DNA of 64,000 nt. Source: Podarcis bocagei. Its lineage: Eukaryota. The notes beneath the pieces were generated by a model. It ran no database searches. It had not been told where the DNA came from and saw nothing but the letters and a program-made list of their open reading frames with translations. The stretch lies in assembly GCA_964188305.1 (NCBI GenBank), contig OZ076885.1; one strand, written 5' to 3'. This document shows positions 50,701 through 60,486 of the stretch, piece after piece. The translations under genes and the position numbers were made by a program. Numbering within the stretch: position 1 is the stretch's first letter; the number at the start of each line of letters is the position of its first letter.

Positions 50701-51388
50701 TCCAAACTACAAGAAAGAAGATTCCACCTAAACATTAGGAAGAACTTCCTGACAGTAAGAGCTGTTCGACAGTGGAATTTGCTGCCAAGGAGTGTGGTGG
50801 AGTCTCCTACTTTGGAGGTCTTTAAGCAGAGGCTTGACAACCATATGTCAGGAGTGCTCTGATGGTGTTTCCTGCTTGGCAGGGGGTTGGACTCGATGGC
50901 CCTTGTGGTCTCTTCCAACTCTATGATTCTATGATTCTATGATTCTATGTGTTCCTGGTTTCTTTCAAATGTCGCCTGTCAGTTTTGTGGCCAGCCTTGC
51001 TGTTAACCTTGTCAGTGGTCAGTTGATCCATGAAGCCAACAGTGAGTCATGACACTGCCAGCCCAACCTTATCTGCCATTTTCTGGAAAGCCCTTGTGCC
51101 CAGAGTACAGTTCCTTGATCCCCTGGCATTTCCAGCTCTAAAGGATAAGAAATAAACCACTACTCCCTTCCCTCAGATTCTTGGATTGAAGAGGTATCTA
51201 TCACAGACTGGGCTCCTGGTGGTGTTCACATTAAGCTTTGAGTTGGATTCATTGCCCAAGCAGAGGTTCTGCATCTGCCTGGCAAAGAGCAGAGGAGGAT
51301 GCCATCTCACCTTTAGAGATTCGGGGAAGCAGCTCCTCAGCTCTTTCTTCAGCACTCGAAGATCATCCTTGTTGACTAACACCAGCAT
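38770..51388 (-). CDS. Glycine N-acyltransferase-like protein (GLYATL3-like), 284 aa, 5 coding exons
   Basis: Minus-strand exons 51388-51311, 42218-42111, 41093-40967, 40610-40481, 39181-38770; GT-AG, total 855 nt. Protein [58 protein letters not shown]...AVFYKD...[14 protein letters not shown]...[15 protein letters not shown]...FPSSCLLD...[23 protein letters not shown]...PVY carries GLYAT-family/GNAT motifs. Exact orthology uncertain. Confidence 0.92.
39625..39760. mobile_element. Palindromic hAT MITE (same family as 33872)
   Basis: TIRs CAGGCTTCCTCAAACTTGG / CCAAGTTTGAGGAAGCCTG; TSD atttagta/atttagtg (7 of 8 match). Confidence 0.88.
42294..46720 (+). repeat. Tandem array of 152-bp monomers, about 29.1 copies
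   Basis: ttgtagggcagc recurs at 42301, 42453 ... 44581 (15x152) ... 46709 (29x152). Units are near-identical; I saw variants only in units 3, 5, 7, 12 and 21. Confidence 0.98.
46863..47936 (+). CDS. CR1 ORF1p (Zn finger, coiled coil, SGNH/GDSL esterase), 357 aa
   Basis: CDSC...CSNC zinc finger, heptad-like [22 protein letters not shown], and SGNH blocks [17 protein letters not shown] and DGLH. First ATG is at 46863. Confidence 0.92.
   Translation: MMEDLCSHPQQHDLKMEGEGTAAVACDSCAMFAILPKVAGSFTCSNCMLIALLKDKVQQLEERVATLQRIRELELFLEATEHTVPTKEETGDSPEKEASSSTQEPDIWRNVTQRSRRPRVHSDCLEIHNRFEVLSPSMEDEEQTPFEDLSLITVDQVYEDEQQSQSSGNVQATLERTAHGRTPTKPKRRRVVVIGDSLLRGTEAVICGPDKMSREVCCLPGAKIQDVTERLQGIIKPTDKYPFLLVHVGTNDTASNSLQKIKRDYEALGRKLKQLNAQIVISSVLPVERRGPGREGKIVEVNSWLRKWCKQERFGFLDHGLQFLEDGLLASDGLHLTTVGRNVFAKNLRNLIRRALN
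47942..50862 (+). pseudogene. CR1 ORF2 (APE endonuclease + reverse transcriptase) split by one frameshift near 49031-49040
   Basis: EN motifs LYTNAQS, ITETW, GGGV, MGDFN, LDLVL, SDH in 47942-49069; RT motifs [37 protein letters not shown] in 49027-50862. Adding one base in aaaaggggg restores [13 protein letters not shown]. Confidence 0.9.
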
Positions 51389-51915
51389 CCTCAGAGTAGG
51401 CTGGGCCCGCAGATGCTCCAGAAATGAAGACAAAGACCAATGGTGCTTGGGGTGAAAGGATGTAACCTTCCCTTGTACTTCCCTTTCAGCAAAAATCTGC
51501 CATGGCAGAAAAAGCAACACACATTTTAATGATGCTGGGATGTAGAACTTTGCCAGTCTCAGATTTACTTGGGTCATATGACTGGGTAAATGCCATAGAA
51601 CACAATGAGCTGTACAAAATGGCACTGCTGTGCCTCCTTTCACACCCCAATCTTAAAGGTGGACTCACCTGGGTACTTGGAAATTGAAGAGAGTGATTCA
51701 ATGCCCTACAAGAAGTTTTGGAGTAAGTGCATTCAAGGTTAGTAACAGCTTGATCAGTAACAGGGTTCTGTCTCAACAAAGTCAGGAGTTCCTGATGAAT
51801 TCAAAGTCCAAGGCAAAATAACTATGTCATCTTGGGACATCATCTGACAAGCTAGCTTTTTCCTGAGGCCTTCCCCTTCATTTGTTTGAGAGAATCACCT
51901 GGAGCTACTTCAATG

Positions 51916-52208
51916 CAGGGGCGTAGCTAGCGGCTCCGGCACCGGGAGTGGCGGGGGTGCCACAGCAATCCGCCCAGGGGGTTGGCCGGCATGCTGCCCA
52001 CGGAGTCTGCCTGGCAGCCACAAGCCCCATGCTGCTGTTTCAGGCAGTGTGGGCTCCCGAGCCACTGTGTCACTCCCAGGAGAAACGTGTGGCTCAGGCG
52101 CACTGCAGGCCAGGCCCCGCAGTAAGTGCTGCCCCCCACCGTGTGCCATTTTGTCACCCCCTCAGGGATGACACATGGGGCGGACCGCACCCCCTTCCTA
52201 CGCCCCTG
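51916..52208. mobile_element. Non-autonomous DNA transposon (possibly PIF/Harbinger-like)
   Basis: Terminal inverted repeats CAGGGGCGTAG / CTACGCCCCTG around a GC-rich interior; superfamily not established. Confidence 0.6.
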
Positions 52209-54316
52209 CTTCTGTATTAACCCACCTTTCTGCAACACACCTATGCTCTGCTGGTAGCACCCTGCAGCCAACTTTCCTGCTTTTGAAATAGAGAGTAAAT
52301 CAAATGGCATCTTTCCCCCCCTCAAGTGCTCTTGAACAGAAGAAAGGAGGACAGTATAGTATTAAGTGGAGGAAGGAAGCACCAGATCACTCTGGAGAAA
52401 TTTCAGAATTCAAGTCTTTCATCGATTGCCTTTCATGCTAATTTACACTGGCATCTGTCACACAACATTCATGCAGAAATAACATCTCTGCAGGTGCGCT
52501 AGCATCGACGGCCGTGTTCAGTGTTTCCCAAGTGCCAAGAACAGGACTTGGAATGCCCTTAGAGCTAGGGTCCTAGGCCTTTACTATTTGCACATGGTTG
52601 GGGCATGTGTGCATCAGCCAATGCGTCTTCTGCTTATCTCTCCATAACAAACAGCATCTGTCCCAATTCTCTCTTACTCAGCTGTTAAAGGTACAAGGTG
52701 CTTGTCCTGTGTGTCTGACAACCCTACACCAGTCAATAAAAGATTCTAGCTCCAGTGTGGACCCTTGGCACAATCAGATTTCTTTGTAATGGCGAAGCAA
52801 GACCCAGATATGCAGAAATCAACCTTGTTGAATATATCAAAAAGCAAAAGTATAACTTATCATATTAAAACCTAGCAGGAGAAGCAGCAGCTGTCAGTGC
52901 TATAAAGGCAGCTTAGATCTGAACTAAAAACACCAAAATACCTAATTGTGGTGTGTGGAGCTCTGTAGTCCTCCCATCTCCTCCTTAATTGGGCACTTAG
53001 CGTCTGCAAAATGATATGAGGATGTTTCTGGATCCAGTTCTGGGGACCTTGCAAAAGGGAAAGGAAATATTCTCTTCAGCAGGGCCTCTTACCTGCCAGG
53101 TACAATGGAAAGGGCTAGAGTCCTCTTGTCAGTCTCCTACACAGTCATCAGAGGCGGTTGGGGGTGAAGTGAGAAGGCGGAGAGTCCTCTGCCAGATTGT
53201 TCTCATGCAACAGACAAATGATTCATTCTCACATTTTCTGAGCCCACAGGGAAAATGGTTCAACCTAGCTTGGAAACAGTTATCCCGTCCCTGTCAAACG
53301 TGTATTTTTATTTATTTATTGGTTAATTATTAAAAAACACACATCCCTAACATCCTAGTTAAGGTGAAGGAGACTGTAAATAACAAAGCAGAAAAAACTG
53401 AAGCTGGAGAAATGGGAAATTCATGGCCAGCAGCCATCTAGGACAAACGAGGACCAGGACAAAATCAGAAAAAGAACAAAGGCTGCAAATGATGCAATGT
53501 AGGTGGGGGGTGTTCTCCAAAGGTCACACATGTTTAGCAAAGCCTTCTCAGAAGGACCCTTATTTACTTTAAAAAGTGCACAACAATGTATTTGAATTAT
53601 ATCTATCCATCTATCTAGTGAAAATATCAGCCGTGTGTGGATATACAAAAATAAAAAGATCAATTTTATACACAATCCTACTATAGTATGTAAAATGTAA
53701 ATATGCAAAATTCTTACATAATTATGTCTTTAGTTCACTCACTTCCCATGATTTTTGTAATCACTCAGACACTCATAATTTAATCACCACCCTTTTATTT
53801 GCAATCTAGCTATCCTGAGGAAATTGACAAAGCCTAGGCACACGTACCTGGAAGTCATTTCCATTGAACTCAATGGAGCATATAGGATTGCATTGTAAAG
53901 ATGCAATGTGAAGTGCAATTACTAGGGCAGAGCTTTCCAAACTTTTCATGTTGGTGGCACAGTTTTTAGACATAAATGAACCCCTTTCCAGCCTCGGGAA
54001 GAGCATGGGGAGCGTTCATGTGACACACCTACATGCTGCAGCCAACACACTAACCTGTCACAACACACAGCTCCCTAAGCTGTCAAAAATGGTCTTCAAG
54101 GGTGTTAAGCATTGAATTCTGGATTAGCAAACCAATAGGAAGGAAAACAGATGTTGGGGAATGGGGAGAAAGGCTTCTTCCTTTAGATTTTCTGTAATTA
54201 AGAAAGGGAGTATTCGTGACCTAGAGCAGAAACAGGATATGGCATTTCTTTTTACATTTAGCCCAGCATAGAATAATAGAATCAGAGTTGGAAGGGACCC
54301 CATGGACCATCTAGTC

Positions 54317-54731
54317 TGTTGTTGTTTAGTCATTCAGTCCTGTCCGACTCTTTGTGACCCCATGGACCAGAGCACGCCAGGCACTCCTGTCTTCCACTGC
54401 CTCCCGCAGTTTGGTCAAACTCATGTTGGTAGCTTCACGAACACTGTCCAACCATCTCGTCCTTTGTCGTCCCCTTCTCCTTGTGCCCTCCATCTTTCCC
54501 AACATCAGGGTCTTTTCCAGGGAGTTTTATCTTCTCATGAGGTGGCAAAAGTCTTGGAGCCTCAGCTTCACGATCTGTCCTTCCAGTAAGCACTCAGGAC
54601 TGATTTCCTTAAGAATGGATAGGTTTGATCTTCTTGCAGTTCATGGGACCCTCAAGAGTCTCCTCCAGCATCATAATTCAAAAGCATCAATTCTTCGGCA
54701 ATCACTTCCATACATCACTACTGGGAAAACC
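54317..54731 (-). mobile_element. RTE/Bov-B LINE 3' fragment
   Basis: (CAA)n-type tail on the minus strand and the Bov-B-like 3' block cagtcctgtccgactctttgtgaccccatggac...catctcgtcctttgtcgtccccttctcc...tcctccagcatcataattcaaaagcatcaattcttcggc. Confidence 0.85.
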
Positions 54732-54923
54732 ATCTCGTCTAGCCCCCTGCAATGCAGGAATATGCACTCATACCAGGATCATTCAAACCTGTAACCTTGG
54801 TATTAGCAGGTATCTCAGTATGTTGGATTTTGTGTGCAACGTTGCTCTGCTGTTCTATACCCACTGTATGAAGTATTAACATTTTTTGTATTACAACAGC
54901 CGATTAGCAGTATACAATAACTA

Positions 54924-55600
54924 CTACGTGGTCTGCAGACTCCGTAGCTCCTGTACGAAGGCAAGGAGCTCCCCCGCAGACTTGGGAGACGCAACAGGCA
55001 CGTAAAGAAAAAACGCGCAGGCGCAGACTGGGCTTAGGCCGCTACTTGGGACAGGAGTTGAGAGCCCAGATCCGCGCAACGCAGCGCCGCCCGCCCCTCT
55101 GTTTACAATAAGTATAGCCGGCCGAGGCTGAGCCCGAGTCCTTCCGAAAGACTTCGGCTGCCGCCAGCCGCGTCCGAAGCCGGATACGGAAATAACCGAC
55201 GACATCCGGCATCCGCCGAAGGGAGCTTTGGCGGCTCATCCGTAGGCTACGGAGACGCACGAAGGTTGCCTCGAAGCAAAACTCGGGCGAGGAGCCATCA
55301 TGGCGGACCAGGTCGAGCAGCTCCGGGCGGACGGCATCCAGAAGCGGTTGGTGCAGGAAGGCCGAGGGCCCCTACCAGATTACCAAGATGGTACCAAGGT
55401 GAGAGAGGACGGTTTCTCGGGGCTGAGGTAAATAACGGAACGGGGCGGGAGGAACGCGCATGCGCAAGCGAGCGGCGATGACGCACGAGGAGGCTAAAAT
55501 ACGCGTGCGCGGGGAAGATAGTGGGGTGCGGGGTTTGCGAGTTGAGTTCGTTACCCACGCATTATACATCCAGAATTTTGCTAACTCGAGGCTGATGTGT
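54924..55600 (+). promoter_or_regulatory. AIP promoter / CpG island
   Basis: CpG-dense region around exon 1; NRF1-type GCGCAGGCGC (55015-55024), perfect GCGCATGCGC (55456-55465), and GC boxes (ccgccc near 55087, ggggcggg near 55442). Confidence 0.8.
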
Positions 55601-58600
55601 TCCTGCCTTCGAGATGGAGGGATTCTTCCCCCACCTCGCCCATAAATGTGCATTTTGCAAGCTGTGCTTCCAGTCCACTTCGAATATGTGACGGGTTAAT
55701 CCCGAGGGGGGGAAGGAAGTATGGGGGGTCTTGTTTATTTAATAAAATGTATACACTGCTTGGGGGACGCGGGTGGCGCTGTGGTCTAAACCACAGAGCC
55801 TAGGGCTTGCCGATCAGAAGGTCGGCGGTTCCCCAAAGCATCAATTGATGCAAGAGGCCGTGCCCCAACCTTCAAAACAGGATCATATTTGCAGTGAGAA
55901 CAGACTTGGTGCTTGTAAACTGAATATGTGCATTAAAACAGGATAAAGCCACATCTGTGCTACCAGTAAACACTTTACAGATTAATCTACATAATTGGAT
56001 AGTGAAGACACTTGACGTGTGTTTTGCTTCTCCCAGTCGTAGTATGCGTGAGAGAAACCTTTATTCCTTTAAGAAGGGCCATAGGTGAGTAGCGGGTCAG
56101 GTGCTTTGTATGCAGATTCTGCACCAGGCATCTCCAATTAAAAGGAACAGATAGGAAGGGAGAGGAAAGGGCCGCCTCTTCCCGAGACCCTGTTGAGCAG
56201 CTGCTGCTAGTCAGAGCACACAACCCGAAACTAGGGGGCAAATAGTCTGATCTGCTATAAAGTAGCTTCCTGGGATAAAAGTCACCTAAGCCACCTTCAG
56301 CTAGCAGCAGATCTGTGTTTATAAGATGCTGAAGCCCCTTCCTGCATTTACACTTCCCAATGCAGTAACTCCCCCCCCCTTTATTCTCTGCCTGAGAAAC
56401 TGGGGGACAGAGATATTTAAACAAGTTATTTTTATTTGCTGTGTAATTCCCCTACAGCTTCATGAATATCAGTTTCTTCTGGCTCAGTAGCTTGTGAGAC
56501 CTGCTGCTCAATCCACCCGCATAGCAGTATGGTATGGTGAGTGGGCTGGTACAGGCTTGTGTTTAAGTCGTAGCCATGGGTGGCCAGGACGTGCATGTAG
56601 GTGAGTGAATGGGCTAGCAGAGGAGGGAATGGAGTGCTCTGTTCCTCTGCATCCAGCTTGGTACTGCAACTCTCCAGTCTTTCTTTGCCAGCCCCCAGCT
56701 GGCTAATAAACATTTTTGCAGGTAACTTTTCTGGGCTTGTTTACAACCCTGGGCTAGGACTTTCTATATCTATTTGCCTGTTGATTTGACCAGTTATTTA
56801 AATGAATGTTGAGAATCAAATTTGTATTTATTTAATGCTTCCCCTATAAAATCCCAAAGTGATTTAGCAACATCCATATGTGTGTGTGTACACATGTCAA
56901 GGACAGATACAGACAGGGGGGTGGGGTGGAACTCCACTTGAAAGGCTTATTGTAGAAAATGAAGGTTATTTGATAGGCACCAAAAAGATGAAAGAGTTGG
57001 TGCCTGCTTGATGCCATGAAAGGGAGCTTCATAGGGTAGGTACCACCATGTTAAAGGTCTAGTTCCTACAGTGCATGGAATGGATCAGCTAATAAGCTGA
57101 AATTTCTACAAACTCTGTTCTGAGCTTGATTGCACTAACTCTGTCACTTGTATACAGTGAGGGCAATGTACTGTGCTATTAGCTTTATTCATCATATTAG
57201 AAGTTGGTGTAATACCACGTCAGTCCCTTGATCCAACCACTCTGCTTCCCCTTCTCTTCAGGTGACCTTCCACTACCGCACACTGCTCTGCAGTCCGGAC
57301 CAGCGAGTCTTGGATGACAGCCGTACCCGAGGGAAGCCCATGGAGCTCATCATTGGCAAGAAATTCAAGCTGCCCGTTTGGGAGACTATCCTGCACACCA
57401 TGAGAGAGGGAGAGATGGCTGAGTTCTTGTGTGACACAAAGGTAATCCTTGTGGGATGATCAGCCTCATAGAATTGTTGAGTTGGAAGGGACCACGAGGG
57501 TCATCTAGTCCAATCCCCTGCAGTGCAGGAAGTGGGGCTCAAACCCATGACCTTGAGATTAAGAGTCTCCTGCTGTACCAACTGAGCTATCATAGAAACA
57601 ACATTCTTAAGTCTTAATTAATGCATGTAAGGGTTAATACCACAGAATAAGCTGTCTTGCCAGGCTTAGTTAGGTCACTTCCCCTTAGGTCATCAAGCCT
57701 ATTGTTCTAACCTCCACACACATCTACCTGAGAAGCTCAGCATGGCTCTCACAAACCACTATTTTGAATTCCTAGACCAATCATTTAGAAACTTTAACCA
57801 CTTTGTAACTTAGCCAACTTTTAGTGTCTGTGCAACTTTATGAAGCCATTTGAAGTCAGTAAACCATTTTTAACTTACCCAATGTGTGGTCTTTTTCTAT
57901 GTTAGGGGAGGAGGAAAACTTTGGAAGGAGCTTGGAAGGGTGTATTATGAAGGTCTAACAACTTATATTTCCACACTTTATTTTGCTGTATATTTTGCTA
58001 TTTTAAATCTGCTGGGGTTCTCTCACTAAACAGTACGTGTCTCAAACTTGGATCTTGGCATCCAGGTACTCTTCTTTCTATATACCTATTTTTAACTTGA
58101 ACCCAGAATCCCCACTTCTGCTGCAAGCTAGCTTGGTCTAGTGTGGGAAGTGGCTTAGACATACCAGGCCAGGAAAGGCCTCTTCCCTAACCCTGGCATC
58201 TGTAGTTTCCCTAACACATCCTTATGCTTTCTTGGTGCAGAATTGGAGTTTCCTTAGCTGCAGCTTTCAGGATTCTCCTTCCACAACTCACAACTAAGTA
58301 TTTGGATCTGGCACAGGTGATGGAATGCCAGATTTGTTCTTTTTTGGAGAGACAATACATCATTTTGCATGTGCACAAAATTTTATCTCATATCTTTGGG
58401 GCTGATGGTATTCCCTGGGAGAGCTTCTTCTCTCCTAGCAAGAAGGACTATGCCTGATCTTTTCTTTCTTTCTCTCCAGCATGTGGTCTTGTACCCAATG
58501 GTGTCAAAGAGCTTGAGGAACATTGCGGCTGGGAAAGATCCACTGGAGGGACAACGGCATTGCTGTGGCATTGCTCAGATGCATGAGCATCACTCCCTGG

Positions 58601-60486
58601 GTTACCCAGACCTCGATGAGCTGCAGCAGAACCCCCAGCCCCTCATCTTTGCCATTGAGATGCTCAAGGTGAGGGGAAGGAAAGGTGAGGTCCTCTGGGA
58701 CAGTCAGAATCAGGAGAGTGATGACTCTCTTGTGTATTTGAGAGTTTCTCCTGTATGTGGGTGTATGGATGTGCAAGAAGGGAGGAGAAAGCTGATTCCC
58801 AACAGATCTGTCTTGGTCTCCACTTTTATTTTCTTGGCTACGTACATGAGATGATTTTGCTAGCTTTTTAAAGGTACCACACAGGGATGAAGCAGCAGCT
58901 GCCTACTGAGAACCCTCCTATTATCTCACTTCCTCCCAGTTTCATAAATCTCATCAAAGACTGGTTTTTTATTACCTGTACCCTGGGATGCGGAAGGCAC
59001 ACAGTCAGACGGGCTCTTACAGTGCTCACATTGCCCCCACTAACCCAGCCTGTTGCCTTTGTGCCTCGCTTAGGTGGAAGTTCCTGGCACATACCGGCAA
59101 GATCCTTGGGCCATGTCCGATGACGAGAAAGTGAAGGCCGTGCCCCTGATCCACCAGGAAGGCAATGAGCTCTACAAGGAAGGCAAAGTGCAGGAGGCAG
59201 CTGCCAAGTACTACGATGCCATCGCTTGCCTCAAGAACCTGCAGATGAAGGTGAGTGAAGGCGCGTCTTCCTCACACCCTAGTGCAGCTTCACTTTTGTC
59301 TACACATTTGTGTTAAGAGGGTGGGTGTGTCAGCTCCAGATGTAGCAGGGATCCCACTTCCCTTGCATCATGCTGCAGAGTCAGATGTGAGGTGGATTGA
59401 TAAGCAGGGTTGGCACCGCATAAAGGGCAGCCCTTCTTCCTGTGCAGTTCCTCCCCTGTCTTTCATTCCATAAGGTCTGCTCTGATGGCAGGGCTTCCAG
59501 GAGGCCACTCCTTTTCAGTCAACAGGGCCCTTGGTTGTGCTGCCCAGCCATCATGGCACTTCTGTTCTCATATGTAGGGGAACCTTTGAAATCCTCCAGC
59601 TGTGCCTCACGCTCCTTTCCTTGTCCTGTACCCCAGGAGCAGCCCGGATCCCCAGACTGGATCCAGCTGGACCAACAAATCACCCCTTTGCTGCTGAATT
59701 ACTGCCAGTGTAAGCTGTTGAACGAGGAGTATTACGAGGTGCTGGATCACTGCTCCTCTATTCTCAACAAGTATGAAGGTAAGGCATTTTGCTGGCCACA
59801 CCATGCCCTAGTGGGGAATGGGAAGCAGCTCTGAAAATAGGGAGTTGTGGGATTTGATTAATCTAACTTTGTGTTGCGAGGGACTGCATGTGGGGGCAGA
59901 GGCAACCTACTGTGGTTTTAGAGAGCCAGCGTGGTATAGTGGTTAACGTGTTGGACTAGGACCTGGGAGACCAGGGTGCACATCTCTCAGACATGAAGCT
60001 CACTGGGTGACCTTGTGCTATGCTAGTCACTGTCTCCTAGCCTATCCAACCTCACAGGGTTGTGAAGATAAAATGAGAAGGAGACAACCCTGGTGCACCA
60101 CCTGGGGGATAGGTGTGATATGTGTCATTTTAAATAAATAAGAGAGTCCTTGCATGTAACTGGGGTTGAGGGGGGAGCTTTGTATTGTGCCCTGGTTGAA
60201 AGTGGAATAGAGCACTGGGTGGGCCTGGTCAGAGTGTACGGAGCCTGCCTGCATTACTCAGGTGCTGGCTCTCCCCGCAGATAACGTCAAAGCCTACTTC
60301 AAGCGAGCCAAGGCCCATGCTGCTGTTTGGAATGCAACCGAAGCGCAGGCTGACTTTGCCAAGGTCTTGCAGCTGGATCCGTCGTTGGGCCCTGTGGTTG
60401 CCCGGGAGCTGCGTAGCCTGGAGACCCGCTTACGTCAGAAAGAAGACGAGGACAAGATCCGTTTCAAAGGCATATTCTCTCAGTAG
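55300..60486 (+). CDS. AIP: AH receptor-interacting protein (FKBP-like + TPR co-chaperone), 330 aa, 6 exons
   Basis: Exons 55300-55398, 57262-57441, 58480-58668, 59074-59250, 59637-59778, 60281-60486 (993 nt). Protein [16 protein letters not shown]...TFHYRTL...[18 protein letters not shown]...[27 protein letters not shown]...[18 protein letters not shown]...RFKGIFSQ. Confidence 0.97.
55764..55831 (+). mobile_element. Sauria-type SINE 5' fragment
   Basis: gggacgcgggtggcgctgtggtctaaaccacagagcctagggcttgccgatcagaaggtcggcggttc, then an abrupt end. Confidence 0.8.
57467..57590 (-). mobile_element. tRNA-Lys(CTT)-derived SINE with CR1-type 3' tail
   Basis: Reverse complement atagctcagttggtacagcaggagactcttaatctcaaggtcatgggtttgagccccac resembles tRNA-Lys-CTT; its tail ggattggactagatgaccctcgtggtcccttccaactcaacaattctatg resembles the CR1 3' UTR. 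tcatagaa is duplicated at both ends. Confidence 0.82.
59921..60140 (+). mobile_element. tRNA-derived squamate SINE (Squam3-like)
   Basis: gagagccagcgtggtatagtggttaa..gttggactaggacctgggagaccaggg head, gaagctcactgggtgaccttg core, and taaataaataa tail. Confidence 0.75.

Larger units (their letters stand above)
42294..50948 (+). mobile_element. Apparently full-length CR1 LINE with 5' tandem monomer array, antisense in the first coding intron of the GLYATL gene
   Basis: 5' array, ORF1 (esterase), ORF2 (EN+RT), and a short 3' UTR ending in (ATTCTATG)n, the canonical CR1 tail. Confidence 0.93.

Noticed and set aside
49158-50918. Antisense ORFs within the CR1 RT region
   Set aside because: Common shadow ORFs of CR1 ORF2 with no independent coding evidence.
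42280-50965. Target-site duplication around the CR1
   Set aside because: Left flank (gcattaaaagaat) and right flank (tgttcctggtttc) share no convincing direct repeat.
57530-57590. Functional tRNA-Lys gene
   Set aside because: Acceptor stem missing, T-loop mutated, and fused to a CR1-type tail; it is a SINE.
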